Notes: generated from the letters alone by a model not told the origin. A stretch of 61,166 nt of DNA from Patescibacteria group bacterium (GCA_038065095.1 JBBTRR010000001.1:179546-240711); one strand, 5' to 3'; positions 25,477-36,117 are shown, numbered from the stretch's first letter. Numbers and translations are program-made.

Positions 25477-27216
25477 ATGTTAGAAAAATTAATTGCTTAT
25501 CTGTTAGATAATAATTTGATAAAAGAAAGTCAAGTTAAAGCTTTGTCTTTGTATTCTCTTGGTAGTGTATTGGAATTAGAACAAATTGTATTTAAAAATT
25601 TTTTAGTAAAGCCATTAGAATTTCTTAAAGCTAAAAGTGCTGTTATGGAAATTCCTATGACGGATCTTACTGGAAAAGATATACCAGCCGAGATTCTACA
25701 ACTTTTACCAGAAGATGCCGTGCTCCATTATAGGTTTTTACCTGTAGAAAAAAATGGAAATAATTTAATAGTAGGTATGGTAAATCCAGATGATGTTGAA
25801 GGCAGAGAAGCTTTAAAGTTTATTTCGGTAAAAAATGGTTTTATTCCAGATGTTTATGTTATTTTAAATTCTGATTTTGAAAATGTTTCTCAAAAATATA
25901 GAAATCTTGGTAAGGAAGTAACAAGCGCCATAGAACAATTAAATAAAGAATTAACAGATGATGTTGAAGGACTAAGCGGTGAAGATATTACTACAGAAAA
26001 AGTAGAACAATTAGCGGCTGAAGCTCCTATTACAAAAGTTGTGGCAGTTATGTTGCGTTACGCAGTTGAAGGCAAAGCTTCCGATATTCATATAGAGCCT
26101 TTAGAAAATGAAACAAGAATCCGTTTTCGTTTAGATGGAGCTTTACACTCATCAATAACTCTTCCAAAAAATACACACAACGCGATTATTAGTCGTATAA
26201 AAGTTTTAGCTAATCTTAAGATAGATGAAACAAGAATTCCTCAAGATGGAAGATTTCGCACAAAAGTTGGTGCCAACAATATAGACTTTAGGGTTTCTTC
26301 TTTGCCTACAGCTTTTGGAGAAAAGATAGCTTTGAGAATTTTAGATGCCAGTGCGGGAGTAGGTGATTTTACGGAGTTAGGTTTAATGGGTAACAGTTTA
26401 GAAATTTATGAACGAGCCATAAAAAATCCTTTTGGGGTTGTTTTAATAACAGGTCCTACTGGCTCTGGTAAGTCCACGACAATTTATACCACACTTAATT
26501 ATGTAAATAAGGAAGGTGTAAACATTATTACCTTAGAAGATCCTATTGAGTATTATATTCCAGGTGTTAACCAGTCTCAAATTAAACCAGAGATTGGTTA
26601 TACTTTTGCCTCTGGTTTAAGAAGTATTTTAAGGCAAGACCCAAATATTATAATGGTGGGTGAAATTAGAGATAAAGAAACTGCGGGTTTAGCTACACAC
26701 GCCGCTTTAACTGGACACTTAGTTTTTTCTACGCTTCACACCAATAATGCTATAGGTATAATACCTCGTTTAGTAGATATGGGTGTAGATAAATTTTTAA
26801 TTCCATCTACTTTAGTAGTCGGCATAGCTCAAAGATTAATCAAAAAAATGTGTAAAGAATGCGCTAAACCAGTGGCTTTACCGGAAAAGTTTTCCGAGGT
26901 TGTTAATGAAACTTTATCAGAGATACCCGAAAAAGAAATGGCTAAATATGGAATAAAGAAACCTTATAAAATTTTTGAAGCTAAAGGCTGTTCTGCTTGT
27001 GGACACAAAGGTACAAAAGGCAGGTTAGCTATTTTTGAAGCTTTTGAAATGAACAAAGATATGGAAAAAGTTATTTTAGGCCATGATTTATCGGATTATG
27101 TTATAGCTGAACAAGCCAAAAAACAGGGGATGATTACTATGAAGCAGGATGGTATAATGAAAGCATTGGTGGGGTTAGTTTCCATGGAAGAAGTTTTAAG
27201 AGCAGTAGAGGAGTAA
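25477..27216 (+). CDS. pilB: type IV pilus assembly ATPase PilB (GspE family)
   Basis: GPTGSGKST Walker A, Asp/His boxes and a C-terminal CxxC...CxxC cluster. Confidence 0.9.
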   Translation: MLEKLIAYLLDNNLIKESQVKALSLYSLGSVLELEQIVFKNFLVKPLEFLKAKSAVMEIPMTDLTGKDIPAEILQLLPEDAVLHYRFLPVEKNGNNLIVGMVNPDDVEGREALKFISVKNGFIPDVYVILNSDFENVSQKYRNLGKEVTSAIEQLNKELTDDVEGLSGEDITTEKVEQLAAEAPITKVVAVMLRYAVEGKASDIHIEPLENETRIRFRLDGALHSSITLPKNTHNAIISRIKVLANLKIDETRIPQDGRFRTKVGANNIDFRVSSLPTAFGEKIALRILDASAGVGDFTELGLMGNSLEIYERAIKNPFGVVLITGPTGSGKSTTIYTTLNYVNKEGVNIITLEDPIEYYIPGVNQSQIKPEIGYTFASGLRSILRQDPNIIMVGEIRDKETAGLATHAALTGHLVFSTLHTNNAIGIIPRLVDMGVDKFLIPSTLVVGIAQRLIKKMCKECAKPVALPEKFSEVVNETLSEIPEKEMAKYGIKKPYKIFEAKGCSACGHKGTKGRLAIFEAFEMNKDMEKVILGHDLSDYVIAEQAKKQGMITMKQDGIMKALVGLVSMEEVLRAVEE

Positions 27217-27318
27217 AATAAAAAATCAAACATCAAATATAAAAAATAAGGAATTCGTCCCGTAGGGACTCATAAATTTTTATATTTTATTTTTATTTTT
27301 AATTTTTAATATTGCATT
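27217..27318. repeat. long AT-rich imperfect inverted repeat with a GTCCC-GTA-GGGAC centre
   Basis: An A-rich left arm and a T-rich right arm surround a central GC mini-hairpin. Confidence 0.6.
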
Positions 27319-27687
27319 ATGGCCCACAAAATACTATTAGTGGAAGATGATCCATTCTTGTTAGATATGTACTCTACAAAATTCAAAGAGGTTGGTTTTG
27401 ATGTGTCTATAGCTCAAGATGGCGAAATGGCCATAGTAAAGTCAAAAGAGATTTTACCCGATCTTATTCTTTTGGATGTTGTTTTACCCAAAAAAGATGG
27501 TTTTGAAGTTTTAAAGGTTTTAAAATCTGATTCTGAAACTGCAAAAATTCCTGTAGTAATGCTTACAAATTTAGGTTTAGACAGTGATGTTAAAAGAGGT
27601 TTAGAATTAGGTGCGCAAAGTTATATTATTAAAGCTCATTTTACTCCCACTGAGGTTGTAGCAAAGGTTAAAGATATTTTGAAATAA
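27319..27687 (+). CDS. receiver-only response regulator (CheY-like)
   Basis: Typical REC motifs: ILLVEDD, LILLDVVLPKKDG and the K in IIKA. Confidence 0.85.
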   Translation: MAHKILLVEDDPFLLDMYSTKFKEVGFDVSIAQDGEMAIVKSKEILPDLILLDVVLPKKDGFEVLKVLKSDSETAKIPVVMLTNLGLDSDVKRGLELGAQSYIIKAHFTPTEVVAKVKDILK

Positions 27688-27820
27688 ATTCCAAATCACA
27701 AATTCCAAATTACAAATAAATCCGAAATCCAAAGCACAAAGTTCTAAACCGTTTTGAGTTTAGGGTTTGGATGTTAGAATTTGTTTGTGGTTTGTTATTT
27801 GGTTCTTGGAATTTTTTAAG
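27688..27820. repeat. long imperfect inverted repeat (CCAAAT / ATTTGG words)
   Basis: A C/A-rich left arm (AATTCCAAATCACAAATTCC...) faces a G/T-rich right arm (...GGTTCTTGGAATTTT). Confidence 0.65.
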
Positions 27821-27823
27821 TGA

Positions 27824-28897
27824 ATGGATAATAATTATCAAAGAGAAATAGAAGAATTAATGCTTTTAGCTGCCGAACAAGGAGCTTCTGATTTGCATAT
27901 TGCACCAGGGCGTCCGCCTGTTTTGCGTGTTGATGGCGAATTAATTCAACTATCTCAAAAACAAATTGTAACCCCAGAACGTTCTGAAGGGCTTTGTTTT
28001 GCCTTGATGGACGAAGAAAAAAAAATACGTTTTAAAAAATTTAAAGAAATAGACTTTGCTTTTAATTTTAAAGATAAAATAAGATTTAGAACCAATGTCT
28101 ATGTTCAAAAGGGTTATGTTTCAGCAGCTTTAAGATTGATTCCTCATAAAATAAAAAATATAAATGAATTGGGTTTGCCCGCAGTTTTAAAAGAGTTTAC
28201 TAGGCCCAGCCAGGGTTTTGTTATAATTTCTGGGCCAACTGGACATGGTAAATCCACAACATTGGCGGCCTTAATTGATGAAATAAATCATAAGCGTTCA
28301 GACCATATAATTACCATAGAAGATCCTATGGAATATGTTTTTACACCGGATCGTGCAATTATAGAACAACGCGAAGTTGGTATGGATACTTTAAGTTTTA
28401 ATCGGGCATTAAGATCTGTTTTTAGACAAGATGCCGATGTGGTTATGCTTGGTGAGATGAGGGATAAAGAAACTATTTCTACGGCAGTTACAGCTGCTGA
28501 AACTGGGCATTTGGTTTTTGCAACACTGCATACTAATTCAGCTTCTCAAACTATAGATAGAATTTTAGACAGTTTTCCGTCTGAACAACAATCGCAAATA
28601 AGGCTACAGTTGGCAGGGGCTCTTTTAGGCATAGTTTCGCAAAGGTTAGTACCTAGGGTTGATGGAGGTTTAGTGCCTGCGGTAGAAGTTTTGATAGCTA
28701 ATTATGCGGTTAGGAATTTAATTCGTGAAAATAAAATACATCAAATAGATTTAGTTATAGAAACTAGTAGTGATAAAGGTATGGTTTCATTAAACAGATC
28801 ACTTTCGGAGCTTGTAAGGCAGGGACAAATATCGTTAGAGAATGCAGAGATATACTCACTTAATCCATCAGAATTATCAACTTTGCTTTCTCGTTAA
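27824..28897 (+). CDS. pilT: twitching-motility retraction ATPase PilT
   Basis: GPTGHGKSTT Walker A and the length and motifs of the PilT family. Confidence 0.9.
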   Translation: MDNNYQREIEELMLLAAEQGASDLHIAPGRPPVLRVDGELIQLSQKQIVTPERSEGLCFALMDEEKKIRFKKFKEIDFAFNFKDKIRFRTNVYVQKGYVSAALRLIPHKIKNINELGLPAVLKEFTRPSQGFVIISGPTGHGKSTTLAALIDEINHKRSDHIITIEDPMEYVFTPDRAIIEQREVGMDTLSFNRALRSVFRQDADVVMLGEMRDKETISTAVTAAETGHLVFATLHTNSASQTIDRILDSFPSEQQSQIRLQLAGALLGIVSQRLVPRVDGGLVPAVEVLIANYAVRNLIRENKIHQIDLVIETSSDKGMVSLNRSLSELVRQGQISLENAEIYSLNPSELSTLLSR

Positions 28898-29014
28898 GGG
28901 TTTGGCATAAGAAATGTAACGAAGTGCGCTTATTGGTTGCCAAATCTTACCCCTCGACTACGCTCGGGGTGCTCAATTTAATAGTTACTCACTTCGTTCG
29001 TAAATAAAATTGGC

Positions 29015-30223
29015 ATGAAATTTAATTATCAAGCTAGAACACCACAAGGTTTAATTCAAACAGGATCTGTAGAAGCTCAAAATAGAGATGTGGCCATAGA
29101 GACCCTGCATCGCTATAGTCTTGTAATTTTAGAAATTATCGAAGAAAAAAAAGGTTTTGCTTTAAGTTTAGGTGGAGAAATTTCTTTTTTAAGCAGGGTT
29201 AAAAATCAGGATATAGTAATTTTTTCTAGGCAATTAGCTGTTCTTTTTGATGCTCAAGTTCCTTTAGTGCAAGCTTTAAATACATTATCTGAACAATCTT
29301 CGCCTGTTTTAAAAAAAATAATAAAAGAGGTTGCAACCGATGTTGATTCTGGAAATTCTTTTTCGCAATCGTTAGAAAAATTTCCCAAAGTCTTTTCTTT
29401 TTTTTATGTGTCGGTAGTAAAAGCCGGAGAAGTTTCTGGTAGATTACAAGAGGTTCTTAATTACTTGGCTGACCACGAAGAAAGATCCTACGATTTAAAT
29501 AAAAAAGTTAAAGGCGCTTTAATTTACCCAATTTTTATTGTGTCCTCATTAGTGGTTGTTGGAGCTGTTATGATGATTTTTGTTATTCCACAACTTACTG
29601 CTGTTTTAGTAGAATCAGGCCAAGAACTTCCATTCATTACAAAATTAATAATCGGCCTAAGTAATTTTATGATAAATTATTGGTGGCTGGCTTTGTTAAT
29701 GGTGGGCGGTTTAATTGGAGGTTCTTGGTACACCTTACAAACAAAATCTGGCCAGGATTATTGGGATAAGATAAAATTACACCTACCTATTTTTGGAGGT
29801 ATTTTTAGAAAAATTTATTTATCTAGACTATCCGAAAATCTAGGAACTTTAATAAAAGGTGGCATTCCTATAATTCAGGCTTTAACAATAACTGCCGATG
29901 TTGTTGGAAATTTTGTTTTTAAAACGATAATATTAAAAGCCAGAGAAGAGGTTAGAAGGGGGAGCACTATAAATTCTGTTTTTTCCACCGAAAAAGATAT
30001 TCCGCCATTAGTTTCGCAAATGGTTATGATAGGCGAGCAAACGGGCAAGTTAGATGTTTTGTTGGCTAAAGTGGCTATTTTTTTTCAAAAGGATGTGGAT
30101 AACATAATGGAGAATTTAACGTCTCTTATTCAGCCAATTTTAATATTAGTTTTAGGCGCAGCAGCTGGTATCCTAGTTGCAGCTATTTTACTTCCGATAT
30201 ATAATCTAAGCAGTGGTCTATGA
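29015..30223 (+). CDS. pilC: type IV pilus platform protein PilC (GspF family)
   Basis: Two GspF-type repeats with 3 TM segments. Confidence 0.9.
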   Translation: MKFNYQARTPQGLIQTGSVEAQNRDVAIETLHRYSLVILEIIEEKKGFALSLGGEISFLSRVKNQDIVIFSRQLAVLFDAQVPLVQALNTLSEQSSPVLKKIIKEVATDVDSGNSFSQSLEKFPKVFSFFYVSVVKAGEVSGRLQEVLNYLADHEERSYDLNKKVKGALIYPIFIVSSLVVVGAVMMIFVIPQLTAVLVESGQELPFITKLIIGLSNFMINYWWLALLMVGGLIGGSWYTLQTKSGQDYWDKIKLHLPIFGGIFRKIYLSRLSENLGTLIKGGIPIIQALTITADVVGNFVFKTIILKAREEVRRGSTINSVFSTEKDIPPLVSQMVMIGEQTGKLDVLLAKVAIFFQKDVDNIMENLTSLIQPILILVLGAAAGILVAAILLPIYNLSSGL

Positions 30224-30272
30224 TATCCCTTTATTTATTAATAATTATAAATTAAAAGTTAATTTGCGTAAT

Positions 30273-30788
30273 ATGTTTAAAATTAAAAAAAGTTTAGGTT
30301 TTACCTTGGTCGAATTACTGGTTGTTATTGCTATTATTGGTATTTTAGCTTCTGTGGTTTTAGTTTCGTTAAATGGCGCTCGTTCTAAGGCTAGAGATGC
30401 CAGGAGAATCGCAGATATTCACCAAATTTCTTTAGCGTTAGAAAGTTATTACGATTCTAATCAAGGGCACGACGGTGCTGATGCTGATACTGGAACAGAC
30501 TACCCAAGTCTTGGTGGTACAGTAAGTGCTTCTTTGGAGCTTTTGGTGCCTGATTTTATGGCTAACGAACCAAAAGATCCTCAAACAAACGCTTCATATC
30601 TTTACGCCGCTATAGGTCCAGTAGCTGGTTCAGCCATTTGTAACAGTTATCATTTGGGTACCACGCTTGAAAATGCTGGAAACGTAGCTTTAACTAATGA
30701 TGCCGATGATGCGGTTGGAGTTATCTGTGCTAATAGCCCGGCAGATTTTGACGGAGCAGTTGATGCTGTTTACGATATAAAACCATAG
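30273..30788 (+). CDS. type IV major pilin (prepilin-type N-terminal methylation domain)
   Basis: [26 protein letters not shown] class III signal. The ORF-track start at 30213 is probably too far upstream. Confidence 0.85.
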   Translation: MFKIKKSLGFTLVELLVVIAIIGILASVVLVSLNGARSKARDARRIADIHQISLALESYYDSNQGHDGADADTGTDYPSLGGTVSASLELLVPDFMANEPKDPQTNASYLYAAIGPVAGSAICNSYHLGTTLENAGNVALTNDADDAVGVICANSPADFDGAVDAVYDIKP

Positions 30789-30878
30789 TTTGGTGATTAG
30801 GAAATTATATGGTCAGTTTTTGATCTAAAACCTTAATTTTTAGTATTCTAATTCTACTTTCATTATATTAGTAATTCT

Positions 30879-31319
30879 ATGATTAATAATTCTAAAAGAG
30901 GTTTTACTTTGGTAGAGTTGCTTGTGGTTATTACCATTATAGGTATTTTAGCCACAGTGGCTTTGGTTTCGTTAAATTCAGCTAGAGCCAAAGCCAGAGA
31001 CGCAAAAAGATTGGGGGATATAAGGCAGGTATCGTTGGCGTTGGAGTTTTGTTATAACGAAGGAGACAAATATTTACCAGTTTCCGAGTTTCCAGTAGCT
31101 GGGGCGCCGTTTATTTGTAATGAGACAACTTATATATCGGGTATGCCATCTGATCCCTCGGGAGGTAATTATACTTACGCAGTAGATAATGAATCTGACC
31201 CTCAAAAATATGTTTTATCAGCTAAGTTGGAAACGAATCACACGGCTTTAAATGCAGATACCGATGGTACGGTATACGATGTTGATTGTGAAGACCCTGT
31301 TTACTGTTTGGTGCCGTAA
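30879..31319 (+). CDS. type IV pilin, second paralog
   Basis: [25 protein letters not shown]. Confidence 0.85.
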   Translation: MINNSKRGFTLVELLVVITIIGILATVALVSLNSARAKARDAKRLGDIRQVSLALEFCYNEGDKYLPVSEFPVAGAPFICNETTYISGMPSDPSGGNYTYAVDNESDPQKYVLSAKLETNHTALNADTDGTVYDVDCEDPVYCLVP

Positions 31320-31423
31320 AAAATGTTTTACACAGCAAAACATTTGGGCAAAGCTCTGTCATAGGGGTATAATATATAAATAAATAAGTTTCTTTTAATA
31401 ATTAATTTTAATAAAATAGTTTA

Positions 31424-32812
31424 ATGAACAAAAACTTTTTTCTTACCGTGACAGCATTAGCTGTTATGTTTACAGTTGGTTATGCCGCCTATACCAACGG
31501 CTCAATTGGCGACTTAGGCCAAGTGATTAATAACAAAGTTAGTGAAATAACATCTGTCGGCAGTAGTTTTTTAGCTCAATCAAGTACAACAGATGTTTGG
31601 ACTCGTTGCGCTAGCGAAGGTGAGATATGTTATTTCTCTGGAACTAAACAAGTTAGATACGGAGCTAATGGTAAATATGCTTATGGTATGTTTAGCAGTG
31701 GCAGTGTACCGGTGGAATGTAGCAATTCTAGGTTTGGCTACGATCCCGTGCCTGGTTTTAAAAAATCATGTGATTTTTCTGATTCAGCTACATTGCCAGA
31801 TTCAACACCAACCCAGACACCAACCCAGACACCAACCGCTTCAACAAGTACTTGGACTTCTTGTGCTAGCGAAGGTGGAATATGCAATATTGTTGGAATA
31901 AAACGAGTTCGATTTGGAGCTAATGAATCTTACTTATACTATACTACCTCTGGTTCTTCTCAAATGGAGGCTGTAGTTTGTACTAGTGCTGTGTTTGGTT
32001 CTGATCCTGCCCCCGGTGTAGCAAAGAAATGTTCTTCTTATGAAGGTGCCATTGCTCCTCAAACAACTCAAGCACCAGCTCAAACACCTGCTCAAACAGC
32101 GGTTTCCGAAACACCAACTAGTCTAGTAGGTCGGCCAAGAGAAACAGTGGTTTTTGGAACACCACCAAATAAAACCAATGTCTGGACTCTTTGTGCTAAT
32201 GAGGATAAAAAATGTACCTTGCCTTATAATGGAGTAGTTTTTGAAACAGTAGCAAATATACCTGTTAAATATGGAGTTACGGTTGGGCGTGGAAGAAATG
32301 CTAAAGATGCTTATGTTTACAAGAATTTTTTTAATGGTGACATAAATTGTAATGATGCTACATTTGGTTCTGATCCTGCTTCTAATGCAAAGAAAAAATG
32401 CTATTATGCTGGTATGCCCAATAAAGCTGGAAGGGCTAGTAATATTAGGATTGATGCAAAAACTACAAAAGTAGATGGTGTAGCGGTTATTAACAAATTT
32501 AAAATTACCGCTCAAAAAAAGAATGCTGATTATATAAAATCCATAAAATTTGGGGTTTCTGGTAAAGGTGTTGATATCCATAGCGCAGTTTTGAGAATGT
32601 TTTCCGATGAAAATATGACTCAACCTATTGGAAATATACTTGGTTATACCGGGGATTCGTATAGTGGAGGAGTTTTTTTTGGGGGATATGATACGTTTCC
32701 ATTCTTGGGAATTCAACCAGGAGCCACAGTATTTTTTAGTCTTGAAGCTAATTTAAATAGAGCCAAAGAAAGAGGTAATATTACTTCGAGAGTTATTACA
32801 ATTGGTAGGTAG
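31424..32812 (+). CDS. secreted protein with three Cys-containing ~60-aa repeats and PT/Q-rich linkers
   Basis: A signal/anchor is followed by three WTxCAxE..C...(V/F)(R/K)YG...C...FG(Y/S)DP....KK(S)C repeats. The linkers are TPTQTPTQTP and QAPAQTPAQT. Confidence 0.55.
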   Translation: MNKNFFLTVTALAVMFTVGYAAYTNGSIGDLGQVINNKVSEITSVGSSFLAQSSTTDVWTRCASEGEICYFSGTKQVRYGANGKYAYGMFSSGSVPVECSNSRFGYDPVPGFKKSCDFSDSATLPDSTPTQTPTQTPTASTSTWTSCASEGGICNIVGIKRVRFGANESYLYYTTSGSSQMEAVVCTSAVFGSDPAPGVAKKCSSYEGAIAPQTTQAPAQTPAQTAVSETPTSLVGRPRETVVFGTPPNKTNVWTLCANEDKKCTLPYNGVVFETVANIPVKYGVTVGRGRNAKDAYVYKNFFNGDINCNDATFGSDPASNAKKKCYYAGMPNKAGRASNIRIDAKTTKVDGVAVINKFKITAQKKNADYIKSIKFGVSGKGVDIHSAVLRMFSDENMTQPIGNILGYTGDSYSGGVFFGGYDTFPFLGIQPGATVFFSLEANLNRAKERGNITSRVITIGR

Positions 32813-32866
32813 TTTTGTTAGCTCTATCGAAGCCTCACTTCGATAGAGGGAGGTAAATCGGAATAA

Positions 32867-32899
32867 ACCTCCGCTGATCTAAATCAGCGGAGGTTTTAT
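32867..32899 (+). terminator. rho-independent terminator
   Basis: CCTCCGCTGAT / ATCAGCGGAGG stem followed by TTTTA. Confidence 0.8.
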
Positions 32900-32906
32900 G
32901 ATATAA

Positions 32907-32976
32907 CCCCGTTAGAAGCATTATTTATTTTCCATTTTTTTAATTTGAGCCATTTTTAAATAAGCTTCTAACGGGG
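32907..32976. repeat. CCCCGTTAGA ... TCTAACGGGG inverted-repeat element, copy 2
   Basis: Perfect 13-bp arms CCCCGTTAGAAGC / GCTTCTAACGGGG. TATAAT at 32977-32982 sits only 8 nt before the pilD ATG. Confidence 0.7.
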
Positions 32977-32990
32977 TATAATTAACATAA

Positions 32991-33770
32991 ATGAATTCTT
33001 TTTTCGCCTTGATTTTTGGTTTAATCGGAGGCAGTTTTATAAATGCTTTGCTTTGGCGTATACCAAAACATAAAAATATTTATTCCGATAGATCGGAGTG
33101 TGTTAAATGTGGGCATAAGTTAAGTTTTTTTGATCTTATACCTGTTTTAAGCTTTATTCTTTTATTAGGTAGATGTCGGTATTGTAGCAAAAGGATAAGC
33201 TGGCAATATCCATTAATAGAATTAGTTTCTGGGTTGGGGTTATATTTTTTAGCTTTACTTGCCCCGCGAAGCTTTAGCGAAGTGGGGAGGTTTGACGGGT
33301 TAGAATTTGCTTGGCTCGCAGGTATCTTTTTAATATCTGTTTTTATTTTTATTTATGATCTTAAACATTTATTAATTTTAAATAGATCGGTTTTTTTAGG
33401 TGTTTTATGGGTAGTTTTGGGTTTTTGGTATTTTGGTGTAAAAAATTTTGAAAATAATGTGTTAATGGCTTTGATTATATTTTCTTTCTTTTTTACTTTA
33501 TATTTTTTATCAAAAGGCAGATGGGTTGGTGGCGGTGATGCCAAGTTAGGTTTATTTTTGGGTTTATGGCTTGGTTGGCCACAGGGCATAGTTGGTTTTT
33601 TATTTGCTTATATTTTAGGTTCGGTTGTAGGCGTAATTCTTTTAATTTTTAGTTTAGTTAATTTAAAAAGTAAAATACCTTTTGGCCCGTTTTTAATAAC
33701 AGGGGCTTGGGTGGCTTTTTTATGGGGAGAAGCCATTATAAAATGGTATGAAAGCATATTAATGATGTAA
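32991..33770 (+). CDS. pilD: prepilin peptidase / N-methyltransferase (A24 family)
   Basis: CxxC...CxxC N-terminal motif, multiple TM helices and the GGGDAKL active-site motif. It carries the in-frame GC-rich insert at 33258-33287. Confidence 0.9.
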   Translation: MNSFFALIFGLIGGSFINALLWRIPKHKNIYSDRSECVKCGHKLSFFDLIPVLSFILLLGRCRYCSKRISWQYPLIELVSGLGLYFLALLAPRSFSEVGRFDGLEFAWLAGIFLISVFIFIYDLKHLLILNRSVFLGVLWVVLGFWYFGVKNFENNVLMALIIFSFFFTLYFLSKGRWVGGGDAKLGLFLGLWLGWPQGIVGFLFAYILGSVVGVILLIFSLVNLKSKIPFGPFLITGAWVAFLWGEAIIKWYESILMM

Positions 33771-33890
33771 GATTTTCAATTTACAATTCTCAATTTTCAT
33801 TAAAACTCCAATGATTCAATTATCAAAAGGGTTTGAAAATTAAGACATTGAAAATTCATTGATAATTGAAAATTGGAAAATTGATAATTA
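33771..33890. repeat. family-B hairpin element, copy B2
   Basis: ...AAACTCCAATGATTCAATTATCAA...GAAAATTAAGACATTGAAAATTCATTGATAATTG... Confidence 0.8.
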
Positions 33891-33896
33891 TCAGAG

Positions 33897-34457
33897 ATGT
33901 ATAAAAATAGAAAATGCAGAAAAAATTGTACTAGCGGTTTTACTCTCGTTGAACTTATAGTAATTATAGGTATTGTTGGTTTTCTTTCGGCGACAGTTAT
34001 TACAGGAAGTCATAAAGGATTAGATCAGCGAAAGGTTATATTAGAAACAAAACGTTTAACCGAAGATATTAGAAAAGCTCAAAACATGGCTTTGTCTTCT
34101 CTTAGATATGATTGTGGAGCCAAAAGTGTTGAAGACGTATATCCATATTCTGGCATAGTTTTTGACACTAGTTTTAATGACAATTATTCATTGGTTATTG
34201 ATTGCGATGGAGATGGTGTTTATGATGAAGCTAAAGATATTTCGTATTCCACAGTTTTTCTTTCCGGCTCGGTAATAACAGAACTTGTTCCAAGTAGTCC
34301 ACTCGAGATTTTCTTTATGCCTCCCTTACCTCAAATTTCGGTAAACACTGATACTTCAACCACAGCAGAAATAAGAGTGTGCGGTGTGAATGATTCCACT
34401 ATATGCCGTCATATATACGTGAATCCTTTGGGGTCTATATCTATACAAGCGCATTAG
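33897..34457 (+). CDS. minor pilin/pseudopilin (GspH/FimT-like)
   Basis: TSG/FTLVELIVIIGIVGFL prepilin signal. Confidence 0.75.
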   Translation: MYKNRKCRKNCTSGFTLVELIVIIGIVGFLSATVITGSHKGLDQRKVILETKRLTEDIRKAQNMALSSLRYDCGAKSVEDVYPYSGIVFDTSFNDNYSLVIDCDGDGVYDEAKDISYSTVFLSGSVITELVPSSPLEIFFMPPLPQISVNTDTSTTAEIRVCGVNDSTICRHIYVNPLGSISIQAH

Positions 34458-34477
34458 TTTAATGGGGATTTGTAATT

Positions 34478-35014
34478 GTGAAAAATATATTTAAAATTTT
34501 ATATAAAAATAAGGGGTTTACCTTAGTAGAAGCTATTGTTGCTATGGGTGTTATTTCTGTTGGTCTCGTTGGTTCGTTAGTTCTTATTTCAAAAAGCTCT
34601 TCGCAAGCCAGTATTTTAAAAGATAGGGTCATAGCGGCTCATTTGGCAGAGGAAGGTATAGAAGTTATTCACAATATTAGAGACACTAATTGGATCAGAG
34701 GTTTAAATTGGCTTACGAATATTCCAGACACGGTTGTTGGTATCGTTGATTACGATAGTGGTTCGGTTGATGTTTCTGATAGCAGTGAGGCAAGAAAATG
34801 TTTAGATTGGGATGGCGATACATATAAACATGCGGTTAGTCCTTCTTATTCTTGCACGACAGCTTTTAAAAGGCATATTGAAATAGCCACAAAAACAGAA
34901 ACAATTTCTGGTACCATTTTTAATTACATAGAAGTAAAAAGTATTGTTAGTTGGAAAGAAAAAAGTTTAGATAAAAGTTTAACAGTTATAGATCATTTAT
35001 ATGATTGGAAGTAA
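34478..35014 (+). CDS. minor pilin (PilV-like)
   Basis: NKG/FTLVEAIVAMGVIS prepilin signal; GTG start. Confidence 0.7.
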   Translation: MKNIFKILYKNKGFTLVEAIVAMGVISVGLVGSLVLISKSSSQASILKDRVIAAHLAEEGIEVIHNIRDTNWIRGLNWLTNIPDTVVGIVDYDSGSVDVSDSSEARKCLDWDGDTYKHAVSPSYSCTTAFKRHIEIATKTETISGTIFNYIEVKSIVSWKEKSLDKSLTVIDHLYDWK

Positions 35015-35525
35015 TAAAAAAAATTTTCAATTTTCAATTTTCAATTTTCAAAAATCAGAGGGTTTTACCCTTATAGAATTAATTGTGGCTATGGCTGTTT
35101 TTTCTACGGTAATAACAATTGTAAGTTCAATTTTTGTAAGGACAGTAGGTTCACAAAGGAAAAATATTAATCAGCAGGAAGTTTTGGAAAACGCCAGATA
35201 CGTTTTAGAAATTATGGGTCGGGCTATAAGACAAAGCTCTATTCAGACAGCTAATGGGACCAGTGATTCTTTGGATATAACTCATCCCGTAAAAAATTTA
35301 ATAACTTATCAATTGGATAATGGTCAGATTAAAGAAACTTCTGGTGGTATTACTGATGCCCTAACTTCACCCGAAGTTTTGGTGGATGGGCTAAGCTTTA
35401 TTGTTCAAGGAAATGAATTAAGCACTAAACCCAGAGTTACTATAGTTATTTCTTTAAACAATGCTCAGCCAAGTGCTAATGCAAATTCAATAAAATTACA
35501 GACTACTATTACTCCGCGTAATTAA
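35001..35525 (+). CDS. minor pilin (PilW-like)
   Basis: SEG/FTLIELIVAMAVFS prepilin signal. The leader NFQFSIFNFQ is encoded by a family-B repeat fragment. Confidence 0.7.
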   Translation: MIGSNKKNFQFSIFNFQKSEGFTLIELIVAMAVFSTVITIVSSIFVRTVGSQRKNINQQEVLENARYVLEIMGRAIRQSSIQTANGTSDSLDITHPVKNLITYQLDNGQIKETSGGITDALTSPEVLVDGLSFIVQGNELSTKPRVTIVISLNNAQPSANANSIKLQTTITPRN

Positions 35526-35547
35526 GTTTACTAATAAAAAAAATGAA

Positions 35548-35652
35548 CCCCGTTAGACATATTAAATATTTCTAAAACTTATATAGAGTATGTCTTGCGA
35601 GGATTTGAATAATTATTATATTTATAAACACAACAAAAAATGTCTAACGGGG
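35548..35652. repeat. CCCCGTTAGA ... TCTAACGGGG inverted-repeat element, copy 3
   Basis: Perfect 13-bp arms CCCCGTTAGACAT / ATGTCTAACGGGG. The right arm is the first 13 nt of the next CDS. Confidence 0.65.
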
Positions 35653-36017
35653 TGAATCAAAAAGGTATTGCTTTATTAATTACGATGTTACTGTTGAGCA
35701 CGATAATTGCTACAGCTCTTGGTGCAGCAATTTTAACCACTGGACAAACAGGTATTACTCGGTTGGTAAATGATTCTGTTACAGCTGTTTTTGCGGCAGA
35801 TGCTGGTATGGAAAAAGTTCTTTATGTTTGTAATGGCAGATCTTTTCCCTCTTACCCTCCTGCCAATTTTACTAACCTCGATATTGGTAATGGAGCGGGT
35901 TATAAGGCTTTTATGGTAGATTCCAATGGTTTAGAAAGCAGTGATTGTAATAATATTATAGTAAAAAGTGTTGGTAGTAATGGTAGTGTTCAAAGATCAT
36001 TTCAGTCGAACTATTAA
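35640..36017 (+). CDS. PilX-like minor pilin / pilus assembly protein
   Basis: QKGIALLITMLLLSTIIATALGAAIL is a PilX_N-type hydrophobic N-terminus. Confidence 0.55.
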   Translation: MSNGVNQKGIALLITMLLLSTIIATALGAAILTTGQTGITRLVNDSVTAVFAADAGMEKVLYVCNGRSFPSYPPANFTNLDIGNGAGYKAFMVDSNGLESSDCNNIIVKSVGSNGSVQRSFQSNY

Positions 36018-36117
36018 TTTTTATTTTTAAGTTACTCGTTTTTTATATAGCATTTTAAAACTCTAAAATAGAGTGCTATTTTTGTCTTGGTTTGCTATAT
36101 TATTAGTAGTGTTAATT

